From Octopus sinensis (lineage: Eukaryota), in contig NC_043017.1 in assembly GCF_006345805.1 (NCBI RefSeq), forward strand, positions 9,424,001 through 9,488,000: a stretch of DNA of 64,000 nt. Direction: 5' to 3'. The number at the start of each line of letters is the position of its first letter. Position 1 is the stretch's first letter. Shown piece after piece: positions 1-12,424 of the stretch. The notes under the pieces are model-generated. The model made no database searches, had not been told where the DNA came from, and was given only the letters and a program-made list of their open reading frames with translations. Both the position numbers and the translations under genes were made by a program.

Positions 1-2029
1 CAGAGAAATGAAAGATAAAGGTGACATTGGTGGAATTTGAACACAGAAGGTAATGAGTTGCAAGAAACGCTTGTAAGCATTTTCCCCCTATGTTCTAACA
101 GCTCTGTTAAAATAATAATAATAATAATAATAATTGTTTTAAATTTTGGCTCAAGGCCAGCAATTTTCAGAGAAAAGGGTTAGTTGATGTTATGGACCCT
201 AGTATATGTTTGGTACTTTATTCCAGAAGGATGAAAAGCAAAGTTGACCATGTTAGGTTTTTTAAATACTTTTAGTAGTAATAATAATAATAATAATAAT
301 AATAATAGAAAATTAATAGCAGTTGTGACCAAATGATTTCATTGGTTCCTTCACCATATTTGCAGAACTCCTTAATATACCTTTGCACTTTTCTAACTGG
401 AACTGTCTCCAAATAACATAGATACAACTGTTTCCCCACCCCTACTGCCATAAACCAATTGCCAACTCTCTAACTCTCCCTAACTCTCTACACTACTTGG
501 CCATCCCCCCACCCTCACCCTCCAGTGGCCTTCCTCTTGCTACTCCATGCTTTTTTTTTGGCAACTACATTCTTCACTGACCTTTCAGCAGATTTGAAAA
601 AAAACCCATTTTATTTTGGTTTTTGTAAGTGAAAGTAGGTGGGGGTTTAAACCAGGGAAAAAAAAACTAATAATGATAACATTAATAGTTCTTATATATA
701 TATATATATGTGGGAAACAGAAATTGTGCATAAGCTGGTTATTATTATCTATTTAGGATGAATCCTTTTGAATTGTGATGAATAGTTGATAATATTAAAC
801 AGGATATAACTATTTTGATCGTGTTTGGGACCCATTAATCTTGATGATATTAACCATTTGATAACATTATCCACATTTGTTATAAGTGGCTTCCATTGTA
901 TACATGTGAATATAAATACATATATATATGTGTATATATATACACACACACATATGTACATTGTATATAGGTACATGTTTGGTTATGTGGTAAGAAGCTT
1001 GCTTCCCAACCACATGGTTCCGAGTTCAGTCCCACTGCGTGGCACCTTGGGCAAGTATCTTCTACTATAGCCCAAAGCCTTGTGAGTGGATTTGGTAGAG
1101 AGAGACCGAACAAAGTCTGTATATATATATATATATATACCTGTGTGTGTGTTTGTCCCCCACCTACTGCTTCACAACCAGTATTGGTTTGTTTACATCT
1201 CCATAACTTAGAAGTTCGGCAAAAGATATCAATAGAATAAGTTCTAGGCTTTAAAAAAAATAAGTAAAGGGGTCAATTTGTTTGACTAAAACCCTTCAAG
1301 GCAGTGTCCGGTGACCAAAACAAGTTAAAAGGTATCTCTGTGTGCGTGTATATATATATACATACGCACAGATTATATACGTGTGTGTGTATATATATAT
1401 ATACAAGGTGTGGCATAAAAACCTCCAATATTTTACATGTCTTAGAATGGTGAATCTGGAAGGTTTTTTTGCCTAATCGCTGTATATGTGTTGTTATATT
1501 TGTGTGTGTGTGTGTGTATATTATATCTCTATGTAAGTAACTGTTTATACATCATAAAATTATACATAAGTACAGGTATAGAAGTGTGCTTAAAAAGTTC
1601 ACTTTTAAGTCCTATGGTTCCAAGTTCAATCCCAATGTGCTGCACCTTTGGTGAATGTGCTTTGACTCTGGCACTCAGCTGACCCAAGTCATGTGAGTGG
1701 AACTGGGCCAGACAGAATCTCTGGGAAAGTCCCATTGAATAGGTGGAGTTCTTGGTATTTTGTAGTTCCTTGTTTTTCTTGCTTTTCATTTCCACCAATC
1801 ACAGAATTACAGGAACATTATTTTTGCTGCCGTTCTTTGTCTGACTCAGTCCCAACCTCACAATTTTTAAATATTCATTTTCTGTGTGTGTGTATGAATA
1901 TATGTATATGTATCTGTATAATTATATGTATACATTTGCATATACAAATCTATGTATATGTCTGTGTATATATGTGTGTATACAGGTATGTATAAGTGTC
2001 TGTGCATACATATGTATGTATGTATGTAT

Positions 2030-2225
2030 TTGCCATGATAGATCGTTAGCTCCTACACGCACTTTTTTCTCTCCTTGTTTTTTTCTGTGTATCTTTCTGT
2101 CGAAGAGCGTAGGCTCGAAACGTAAAAGACTATTTCGATTTCTATTCCTGAGCGCCATACTAATACATTTGTTTGTATGTACTCCACCTGCCTTCGTCTT
2201 TTGTTTATTTTCATAAACTTTCCCG

Positions 2226-2230
<5 letters not shown>
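2030..2230 (+). mobile_element. Penelope-like retroelement terminal fragment carrying a hammerhead-like motif
   Basis: Contains TCTTT-CTGTCGA-A-GAGC(gtag)GCTC-GAAAC-GTA-AAAGA (2092-2129) and ends in a (TA)n tract. Penelope-like element ends are known to carry minimal hammerheads; the family assignment is inferred from this. Confidence 0.5.
2092..2129 (+). ncRNA. Minimal type I hammerhead ribozyme-like motif (non-canonical core)
   Basis: Helix I TCTTT/AAAGA, helix II GAGC/GCTC, GAAAC, palindromic ACGT helix III, GUA triplet. Core is CUGUCGA instead of CUGANGA, with one extra A before helix II. Confidence 0.55.
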
Positions 2231-2279
<49 letters not shown>

Positions 2280-2778
2280 TTGTATGTATCTGTGGATGTA
2301 TGTATAAGATGTATAGCAGAGCCAGTGGAGATACAGACAAAATACCTTGTGGTATTTTCGATCACATTTTAAGTTCAAATCCCACCTAAGTCTCCTTTGC
2401 CTTTTCATCTTTCTGAGGTCGACAAATCAAAGCATATACATACCATGACTTATATTTTTGTATGATTTCAGCCTCAGTGTTTTGTGTGGAACTGTTACAA
2501 TATAAAAGTAAACAAAACGTACTTTATATAGAAAATAGAGTACATATAAATAACGTACTCTATTTTCTTTTTTTAAAGATAATGTATCAGGGATATGTGT
2601 TGAAAGAAGAATATTATTTCTTAATTCTTTCTCTCTCTCTCTCTCTACACGCATATATATATATATATATAATGATTTCAAAGAAGCTATAGGATGTGGC
2701 ACTGCTTCTTACAGCAGAAACAACTGTTAGCTAATGAAGTTGAGTATTTAACTCGTTCCCTTGTCATTCATTACTGTA

Positions 2779-2820
<42 letters not shown>

Positions 2821-3300
2821 ATGTTATGTATGTATGTCTGTGTCTTGTTTTCTTTATTCTCCATTCAATGTCGTGTGTTTTAGTCCTTTTTTTTTATCAA
2901 CCCACCTGAACCTCCCAATACTAAATGCTACATCAGTCTTTGTGTGTGTAATGTGCTTGTATAAATATGTGCACGCACACACATATAAATATATATGTAT
3001 ATATACATTCACTATTTTATCTAAATGTATAAAATATATTTCATAAATATATATATGTGAGTATATATGAAAATATGTATAAATATCTATATGTATGTGT
3101 GTGTAAATAAAAGTGAGTGTGTTATAAAATTAAAATTTTAATTATTAAAATTATTTTTAAGAATAGAATTCTTCAGCAAAATCACCTTCCGGTGTGCAAG
3201 ATAAGATATTAATCCAGTTGAACAACATTAACATAATATATGCTAATGTATGTATGTGTGTGTGTGTGTGTTCAGGGAAGGGTGTCAGTGAAATAAATAC

Positions 3301-3392
3301 CTCTGTTAATACTGGTTTCAGTTCAGTAGGCAAAACAACCCCTGTCTTCACCACATTAACACTTCTCTCTCTTGCAAGCTCTTCTTCATATC
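3301..3392 (-). CDS. Internal coding exon of an unidentified gene (GYEEELARERSVNVVKTGVVLPTELKPVLTE)
   Basis: Acceptor (TG)n-ttttagttag| and donor GAG|GTATTT; open, protein-like frame. An alternative AG 4 nt upstream would start the exon at 3396. No homolog recognised. Confidence 0.5.
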
Positions 3393-3398
3393 CTAACT

Positions 3399-3433
<35 letters not shown>

Positions 3434-3577
3434 CCCTCTAACTATAATCAATGGGAAGTCCTGCAACGGAAGGGGACTTTACAAATTTACAGTTTTTAGT
3501 GCCAAGAATGTCACCAATGTATCCAAAGACCCAGTCTTTGGTGATGTGGCCATGCTCATATTAATTGTAATAACGAT

Positions 3578-3730
3578 AATTTTTTTTAAAATTTTGACAA
3601 AAGGTCAGCTTTTTTATAGAGATCAGTGATTAATAATAATAATAATAATAATAATAATCATTATTATTATTATTATTAATCCCTGATCTCTATAAAAAAA
3701 CTGACCTTTTGTCAAAATTTAAAAAATAAT
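3578..3730. repeat. Near-perfect inverted repeat (about 70-bp arms) centred on (AAT)n/(ATT)n
   Basis: Left arm aaattttgacaaaaggtcagcttttttatagagatcag matches the reverse complement of ctgatctctataaaaaaactgaccttttgtcaaaattt. Confidence 0.9.
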
Positions 3731-4362
3731 AATAATGATAATGATAATGAATTTATCCTCCTTTGAAATAATTGGCATCAATACTCATATTAAGGTCTTT
3801 TAAATAATTGACTACATTTCTTTAAAAAAAATCCCATTTTGTCTACCAAGAAAAATAGAATCAATTTTTAATTTCTAATTTTATACCTACTGATTCAAAT
3901 ATTTAAAATCATTGGCAGAGCCTCTACATGGTCACTAGACCGGCTAAATCTAGAAACCAAATCTCCTTTAAAACTACATGCTATTGCTTTATTAAAAGAA
4001 GATATTGGATGAGGATGTTCCAGGTACTCTATTCCAGAAGAAAAGATTAGTTTAGTCTCAGCTATTTTAGCCTTTGCTTTGTACAAATCCGTTCTCTCCG
4101 GATTGACCTGGGATTAAACAACCACATCAGCATCAACAGTGTATATGTATTTTGATTTGTCCAAAGTCCTGTTTTATGGATTATAAGAGAATTACAACTG
4201 ATTGAACCAACAGGATGGTCACTATGTTGACCAGGGATTTAAATCATGTCCTGTCACGGGTTAATGTAAGGACCAGAATACCTACTAGTGGTTTAATCCT
4301 TTTTGATACCAAACTGCCCAAGACCACCCTCTTAGTTCTAAAGAACAGACTTCATGTTTTAA

Positions 4363-4583
4363 CCCTTTAGTGTTCTCATTATTCTGCCAAAATTAATGCT
4401 TTTACATCCTCATTGTATTAAACTAATCATACATTATCTTGTAGCTATGAGATTTTGATGAGGTAGCCGTTAATTTTTAAAACGATATTGTGGGGTTGGT
4501 GTGAGAGACCAGATCTAGCCAGTTTGAACATAAAACAGGTAGAATACTTTTGGCTGGATATGGCCGGTTTGAATGCTAAAGGG
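4363..4583. mobile_element. piggyBac-type MITE, 221 bp
   Basis: TTAA|CCCTTTAG...CTAAAGGG|TTAA (terminal inverted repeats plus TTAA target duplication). A same-length copy lies at 33098-33318. Confidence 0.85.
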
Positions 4584-5077
4584 TTAAAACTGGTCTAAAT
4601 TAAATATTTCTATTAAAATTTCGTGTTAATTTATGTCTTCAACATCAGCTAAATTCCTTTATTATTTTTGAAACTAATTAAAAATGTATTTCAATGGAAA
4701 TTTGGTAATGAATGAGTTAATAGTTGTGTCCTGTCACAAATCTGTATGAAGGTCATTTAAGCGTCATGTCAAGTGTCAAATGAGGGTCACAATACTGACC
4801 AGTGGTTTAATAATTGAATCCTGTCATGAATCTGTACAAGGGTCAGTGGCTTGATAGTTGTGTCCTCTCAGTACTGCTATGTCTTGGCCATCTTGCCCAT
4901 AGCCAAGACACTCAACTCTAACTGGACCTTGTCTCAGTAGCTGTCAAAATAAGCATCCTTTGAAAGTATAGGGAGCAGCAAGCTGGCCCTCGATTGCGTT
5001 TCTGCAGGGTTTCTTTTCTTTTCTTTTCTTTTGAAACAGTGAAAAATAGAAAATAAATTCCCCCAAAAATTATTTGC

Positions 5078-5226
5078 CTGTCATTATGAAATTCTTCTTT
5101 TCCTGGAAACTTGTGTCTAGTTTTCTAACTTGAAACTGCTCGTCCACCTTTCTGTCTCCCGGTATGTCAGTCTGTTCCTCAAAGAGAAGCTTTACTTTCA
5201 AAACTATTTCACCGCCTTGACCACAA
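5078..5226 (-). CDS. Candidate coding exon of the same unidentified gene (CGQGGEIVLKVKLLFEEQTDIPGDRKVDEQFQVRKLDTSFQEKKNFIMT)
   Basis: Strong acceptor ttattttgcttttag| and 49 open codons. A CAG|GCAAAT (GC) donor joins in phase to the 3392 exon. Internal GT donors after 5196 or after DRK are alternatives. Confidence 0.45.
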
Positions 5227-6276
5227 CTAAAAGCAAAATAAATGAGAAGCAATTCTAATTAATCTAATCAAAAGTATAAACTCGCAAAACTCTCTCTGTC
5301 TCTTTGTTCCTCTCCGTCTCTTTCTATCTATCAGTCTATCTGTTTATCTCCACCTCTCTGTCTTCACCTCTCCCAACAATAGTTTGCTGGCTTTAATGCT
5401 CAGTCTACCAAATATTTAACCCTTTGCCCATCACATGTGATATCCAGGGCATATCACCCTGACATTCATGCATCACATATGATATCAGACTCCTAATTTT
5501 GCCTGTCCTGTTTACCACGTGTGGTACACAGGAGATATTTCCCTGGTGTCCATCATATATGACACCGATTCCTAAATTTTTTTCAACCACCAGAGCAACT
5601 TAGGGCTTAAAAAAAAAGGGAAGCTTTATAATAATCAGGACACATGAAGCAGGGGTTAACCAAAAGCCTATAAACAAGCTTGGACATTTAGGACAAACTT
5701 ATGAAAAATGCTTTGGGCAGGCAAAGGGTACACAAAGGGTTAAAGACACCACCAATATGGAGAGTACTGATGCGGCCCCTATTTATGTTGGCTGCAGTAT
5801 CTATCACAAACTTATATTTTTTTCTAAATTTCCTGCTACCATCCCATTCCATCCTGTCCCATCCCACCTCATCTCAACCTCCTGCTCTGCCTATTAAACA
5901 AAGGGATGAGTTCTGGGTCCTGTCAAGAGAGCAACACATGCCCCCACCATCATCACCACCACTGTTATGATGACCACAACTTCTACTCCGCCACCAACCA
6001 ACTCCCCCCCCACTTCATTCATCGTTAAATTGTAACTTAATGAACATCAAGGATGCCATAATGACTTAAAAATTAAACGAAGGAGTGGAAAGTTTAACTG
6101 ATGATCATATACAGGGAAATACACATACATTCACACAAGATATGATGTGTGTGTATATTTGTAATATATGTGTGTGTGTGTATCTGTAATATGTATACAT
6201 ATATGTATATTTCTAACCCATGCCAGCGAGGAAAAACAGTTGTAAAACGAATTAAGTATATATTTAAATGTATGTT

Positions 6277-6334
<58 letters not shown>

Positions 6335-6346
6335 AACACACATATA

Positions 6347-6384
<38 letters not shown>

Positions 6385-6799
6385 TATGTATATATATATG
6401 TATGTATATATATGTGTATATATATATATATCTATATATTATATATATATATATATATATAGTAAACAAAGGAATGATGGTGGAGGTAACCCATGCTAGC
6501 GTGGAAAAATAGATGTAAAAAGATGATTGGATATATGTGTGTGTGTGTGTGTGTATGTAATCTCAAACCCAGCTGTTTTCTACTGCTGAAATAATTGTAT
6601 CAGTTTGCCTCTCAGGATTTTTGGTGCTGACAACGTAAAAATCTTGCCATAATAAGGATCAAACTTTGGTTTTATTTATTCTCCCTCTCCCTCTCTCTCT
6701 CTCCCCATCTTCTTCTCTCTCTCTGTCTCTCTCACATTATTTACAGATTCACTGCTGCTACATGTATGTAACCTGTGCCAGCTGTCTTATTGATGTCTG

Positions 6800-6937
6800 C
6801 CTTATCGCTACTACCATCCTCATCATCATCATCATCACCATTGACATTAACATCATCATCCTCATCATCATCATCATCATCATCATCGTTGACATTAACA
6901 TCATCATCCCCATCATCTTTTTCCCTACATCATCACT

Positions 6938-6968
<31 letters not shown>

Positions 6969-6990
6969 TCATCATCACTATCGTTATTAG
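6800..6990. repeat. (CAT)n microsatellite with internal duplication
   Basis: Direct reading; explains the poly-I/S/H/D/M ORFs. Confidence 0.9.
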
Positions 6991-7454
6991 CATCAGTAGC
7001 TGCGGATGCCCTATCTGCAGGCCAAGAGTTCATTTCTCACCACTGGCTCATGTTTTTTTTTTTTTTATTTGTCCCTTAAAGAGTTTCATGTGTAAGCAAG
7101 AAATAATGATGATGATGATGATGATGAGAACTAAAATATGAATAATATTGACGAATCCATAAGTATGTGATCATGATGATGATGATATTTAAGGGCCGTG
7201 TATTATTGGCAAAATTGGGGAGAGTGTGGGGGGAAAGAGTGGACTTTGAGTATTTAGTTGCAGTCCTTTAATTTCTGGGCTCAAATCTCACCCATGGGTC
7301 AATTTTTACTTTTCGTCCTTCCTGGATTCATTAAATCAAGTACCACTCAAAAGACAGGGGCTGATATAATCAATTGTTCCTGGCCTTGTTCTGAATCTTT
7401 GGCTTTGTGTCTATCTAAAAAAAGGACCAACAAAAAATAATTTTCATTATTATT

Positions 7455-7670
7455 AAGGTGGCGAGCTGGCAGAATCGTTAGCATGCCGGGTGAAATGCTT
7501 AGCAGTAGTTCGTCAGCTGCTACATTCTGAGTTCAAATTCCATCAAGGTCGACTTTACTTTTTATCCTTTTGGGGTCGATAAATTAAGTACCAGTTGTGT
7601 ACTGGGGCTTGATCTAATCAACTGGCCCCCTCCCTCAAAATTTCAGGCCTTGTGCCTAGAGTAGAAAACA
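7455..7670 (+). mobile_element. tRNA-derived SINE family B (OK-like)
   Basis: taaggcggcgagctggcagaa head, B-box-like gagttcaaattcc, central gtcgactttgcctttcatcc...gtcgat. Further copies at about 8172, 10430, 11185, 13135, 18750(-), 18968, 26595, 32785, 33935(-), 34470(-), 44040(-), 53492. The link to the described octopus OK SINE is from recall. Confidence 0.8.
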
Positions 7671-7775
7671 TTATTATTATTTACATTATTGTAGCTTTGG
7701 TTTATACAAGCTCTTCCAACTATCACCCTCGGAAGCCAGAATCTGAGAATTATTATTATTATTATTATTATTATA

Positions 7776-8158
7776 GGCGCAGGAGTGGCTGTGTGGTAAG
7801 TAGCTTGTTTACCAACCACATGGTTCCGGGTTCAGTCCCACTGCGTGGCACCTTGGGCAAGTGTCTTCTACTATAGCCTCGGGCCGACCAAAGCCTTGTG
7901 AGTGGATTTGGTAGACGGAAACTGAAAGAAGCCCGTCGTATATATATATATGCGTGTGTGTCTGTGTTTGTCCCCCCAACATCACTTGACAACTGATGCT
8001 GGTGTGTTTATGTCCCCGTTACTTAGCGGTTCGGCAAAAGAGACCGATAGAATAAGTACTGGTCTTACAAAGAATAAGTCCCGGGGTCGATTTGCTCGAC
8101 TAAAAAGGCGGTGCTCCAGTATGGCCAGAGTCAAATGACTGAAACAAGTAAAAGAGTT
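7776..8158 (+). mobile_element. tRNA-derived CORE-type SINE family A (OR-like)
   Basis: A/B-box head (ggctgtgtggtaag...gggttcagtccc), CORE-like caccttgggcaagtg, internal (TA)n, tail ...gactgaaacaagtaaaagag. Copies at about 975, 13850(-), 17903, 19846, 28560(-), 43538, 44911, 57570(-), 58298. Confidence 0.85.
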
Positions 8159-8650
8159 ATTATTATTATTATTAAGGCAGCGAGCTGGCAGAATCATTAG
8201 CGCGCTGGGCGAAATGCTAAGTGATATTTCGCCTGTCTTTACATTCCGAGTTCAAATTCCGCCAAGATCAACTTGACTTTCATCCTTTTGGTGGGGTTGA
8301 TAAAATAAGTACCAGTGAAATACTGGGGTTGATGTAATCAACCAGACCCTCCCCACCAAAATTTCAGGCTTTGTGTCTGTAGTAGAAAGGATTAGTGTTG
8401 CTGTTGTTCATTTGCATGTCAGACAAAAACTCTTAGTGATATTTCGGCTATCTTCATGTTCCAAGTTCAAATTTTGCCCGGGGTAACTTTTACCTTTCAT
8501 CCTCCCAGGGTCGATAAAATAAGTAATCAGTTAAACACTAGGGTCAAGGTAATCCACTTCTCTTCCCCACACTTCCAAATTGCTGGCCTTGCGCCAAAAC
8601 AAGAAACTATTGTTATCATTGTTTTCTATCTTCCTCTGTTATGTACTTTT

Positions 8651-8664
8651 GTTACCATGGCAAC
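8651..8664. promoter_or_regulatory. RFX X-box motif GTTACCATGGCAAC
   Basis: Matches the consensus GTTNCCATGGNAAC at all positions, in non-repetitive sequence. Function untested. Confidence 0.3.
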
Positions 8665-9209
8665 TTTGAAGTTCTTAGCCTTATGATAAAACATACAACA
8701 ATAGATAAGCTCCCTCTCTCCGTCGCTATGGTGATTAATCCATCAATATCCCTCACACCAACTCACAGCTTGTGATATATATTTATTATAAAGAGAAGTC
8801 AAATATTCTGTATGAATTTCGTTGTCGGGGTGCAGCCTGTCTGCTGCGTTTCTGTGCAATCTGCACATTAATAGAGCATGCCTGTTCTATTAAGGTGCAG
8901 TCAATAGATTGCTTATGTAATGCAGTAATGAAAGAGCAGTCTGCCTCTTAGTGTCAGCAAAGCCTAATGGCTTAGTGGTCCGGGTGTTATACTTGTGATT
9001 GCAGGATTGTGGTTTCAATTCCCAGACTAGGCAGTGCTTTGTGTTTTTGAGCAAAACACCACATCATTCCACGTTGCTCCTATCTATTCAATTATCAATG
9101 AGTTAACCCTGTAGTGGACTTGTGTCCCATTCAGGGGAAATGTGGTTGAGGTCACTTATACACCTTTTGTGACAGCATCCACCCAGAGCTGGGTTGAGCT
9201 GGCTCTGAC

Positions 9210-9470
9210 CAAGGAGTTCATGTTTGGAATTTCAGGGGAAATACAAGTTTGTTCTCTCATTCGAGGTAGCAGTTGCAGGCTGGAAGAGGCCTGGTGACAA
9301 ACCCTGCATCAGATGGTTGGACATAATTGGGGAAGATCTCCAGAGGCTTCATGTTGCCTTGGAGGATACAGAGGAACTGGCATGGGAGTGCCAGCAATGG
9401 AAAGCACTGATGACTCTGGTTGGCTTTACACATGATGACATCTGTGGAATCGCTAACTTGGAATGACTCC
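9210..9470 (+). mobile_element. RTE-clade LINE 3' fragment
   Basis: Translation GWKRPGDKPCIRWLDIIGEDLQRL...WECQQWKALM resembles the RTE ORF2 C-terminus (RPxGRPxxRWxD). Confidence 0.65.
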
Positions 9471-10039
9471 AGGCACATCAAGGAAGAGCCTGAAACCAAA
9501 AACCAAGACATACATGTTCACATGTGGTCTCTTGCCACATGTATACACCTTAGGATAGAGAAATCCTTAGCATATCATCTTGCAGTTGATTGTCAACTAT
9601 CACAGAGAATTTGCTGATCGAGTCACCACTGATTATCAGAACCAGATGTAACCTAGGTTTGAAATGAGTTCTAGCAACATGGTTTTGCAAAAGCTAAGGA
9701 ATGGTTCTAGCATGCCAGATACCATCCTGGAATTTCTGAGGCCCATCTTGGAAACAAGGTAACTGCTCCTATGAGACTTGGGACTCAAGACAACAGCAAC
9801 ACAGTAATGAGGGTACAGTCTGCCCACTAGCATAGCTAGAATGTGTGCCACCCAGGGTGGCCCTTCCATTTGCTGCCCCAGACCCCACAAAAGACACATT
9901 GCCTACAGCAGACCCAAAGGTGGTGCCCCTTTAAAAGTACTGCCCCCACTCTGCTACACTAGTGAATCTGCCTCTTCTATTAATGTGCAGTTAATGAAAA
10001 CATGTGGCCTAGCAATTAGGGGATTCATGATCATGAACG

Positions 10040-10370
10040 CACATGGTCCAGTGGTTAGAGCATAGGATTCACAACCATGAGGTAGTGAGTTCGATTCCTG
10101 GATCAGGCTGTGTTGTGTTCTTGAGCAAGACACTTTATTTTCATGTTGCTCCAGTTCTCTCAGCTGTAGAAATGAGTTGCAATGTCACTGGCGCCAAGCT
10201 GTATCGACCCCTTTGCCTTTCCCTTGGATAACATCAGTGGTATGGAGAGAGAAGACTGGTATGCATGGGCGACTGCTGGTCATCCATGAACAACCTTGCC
10301 CAGACTTGTACCTCGGAAAGGAACTTTCTAGGTGCAATCCCATGGCCTTTCATGACCAAAGAATGAGGTC
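10040..10370 (+). mobile_element. tRNA-derived SINE family D
   Basis: ggtccagtggttagagca...gagttcgattcc head, then ttcttgagcaagacacttt...gttgctccagt. Related copies at about 8960, 25690(-), 42800, 61440(-). Confidence 0.7.
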
Positions 10371-11406
10371 TTTACTCTTTATCTCTGATCACTTCTTGAT
10401 TTGGGTGGTCATCATCTCATTTCTTTCTTTGGGCAATGAACTTGCAGAACCGTTACCATGCCAGGCAAAATGTTTAGTGGCATTTCCTCTGTCTTCACGT
10501 TCTGAGTTCAAATTCTGCTGAGGTCAACTTTACCTTTCATCCTTTTGGGGTCAATAAAATAAGTACCAGTTGAACATTGGGGTTGATGTGATCGACTGCC
10601 CTTCGCCCAACCCACCAAACTTCAAGTCCTGTGCCTGTAATAGAAAGGAATAATAATAACAACAATAATAATAATATAATTTCTTACATAATGTATTTTC
10701 GGTGATTCCTTTTGTTTTTTTTTTAATTCTCTACTTTTTGTTGTTTGTATTTGATTCTGATGTTGAACATCACCGTTGTTGTCATCATCATCATCATTAT
10801 CATCACCATAAGCATCATCATTATAATAATCATTCCTAACATAAGCCTCTCCACTATTTCATCATCATCATCATTCATCATCAATGAATGCATCCATTGA
10901 TGATGTCACACAAATCTGCTTTTTTTTTTTGCATGTCTTTCCTTCTCTACCCCTCCACCCTCTTTCCTTCCTTCCTTACTGCCTTTCACCCCCACCCTTC
11001 TTTCTAAGCTTCCTATCTTTTATTATTATTATTACTATTATTATTATTATTATTATCTCACTTTTATATGTTCTCTCACTGAAATATGCATTCCTCTCCA
11101 CACACACACACACACACATTGGGCCAAAATTCATGCACCAACACATCTCACATTTTATATTATGTTGTTGTTATTGTTATTATTGAGGCAGAGATCTGGC
11201 AGAACCCTCAGCATGCCAGACAAGATTGCTTAGCGGCATGTTGTCCGTCTTTACATTCTGAGCTCAATTTCCACCGAGGTTGACTTTGCTTTTCATCCTT
11301 TCAGGGTCAATGAAATAAGTACCAGTTATGCACTGGGGTCGATGGAATTGACTAGTCCCCTCCCCCAAAATTTCAGGTCTTGTGCCTATAGTAGAAACTA
11401 TTATTA

Positions 11407-11443
<37 letters not shown>

Positions 11444-12424
11444 TTTTGTTCATCCTCTACAATTACATGTGTATTCAGCTTTATTTTATTTATTTCATTC
11501 AAGTTTAGAGAAATTTAAGCAAGTCTTTGACAATTCCGGAGCGTACAGAGCTTATCTTGTGCATAAACTTTTGGCCCTCTCTGTATATTCACATACACAC
11601 ACACATCTATTGCCCTCCTCTGACAAAACACAGTAAGTCTAAAAAAAAAAACAAGAAACTGAAATAATAGCAAAAAGCAAAAAAAAAAACTAAAAGATCA
11701 TCCTAAATCTTGTTCTTTTTTTAAAAAATTTTACTCTGTGTCATAAGTTATAATGAAAAAGTTGAAGAATTTCCCAGATCATATCTGTGGTATTTGTGAG
11801 GCACGGGCCAAGGAACCTAAATAGATATTCTTTGACAAAGTACAGTCAGTTGACTTACTGTGTTTCATCAGAGGACAGCAACGTACTCACACACACACAC
11901 ACATACACATATATATATATACGCTGGAATACACATACACAAACAACCACTTATTCATTATAATTCCTTTCAAAAAATTTAGTAACTAAATCTGTAAAAT
12001 ACATCGAGTTTGATAGAAACATCTTTTCTTTTCTAACTTCGTTTCAAAGTCTTCTTCTTCTTCTTCTTCTTCATCCTGCTCCTCCTCCTTCTTCTTCTTC
12101 TCCTCCTCCACCTTCTCAAACTGGATATATTTTGTGGAAGACTTTGCTGGTTATTTTTTATTGTATTCTTTTTTATAGTACAATAAACGCATGCATGCAT
12201 ATGTATGTGCATCTGATTGAGTGACTGCATGCATTTTTCCATGGAGAGATTTTTTTTCTTTTTGCTGGCTATATTTTATTGTATTTTTATAGTACAATAA
12301 GTATGAGTGTGTGTATGCATGTGTGTGTGTGTGTGTGTGTGTGTGCTTTTTCTAATGGAGAGATTTCTATTTAACAATAAATGTCACATTTTCTACCTAG
12401 ACATATTTTCGGAAGAAAATTTTC

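Noticed and set aside
310-470. Short minus-strand open frame (ETVPVRKVQRYIKEFCKYGEG)
   Set aside because: No good acceptor/donor pair in phase with the 3301 exon; unrecognised.
2530-2568. 14-bp perfect AT-rich hairpin
   Set aside because: Short and low complexity; no supporting context.
11490-12150. Possible minus-strand exons (EEEKKKKEEEQDEEE...; EGQKFMHKISSVRSGIVKDLLKFL*)
   Set aside because: The first is largely a GAA/GAG microsatellite with a poor acceptor; phases could not be chained into a coherent model.
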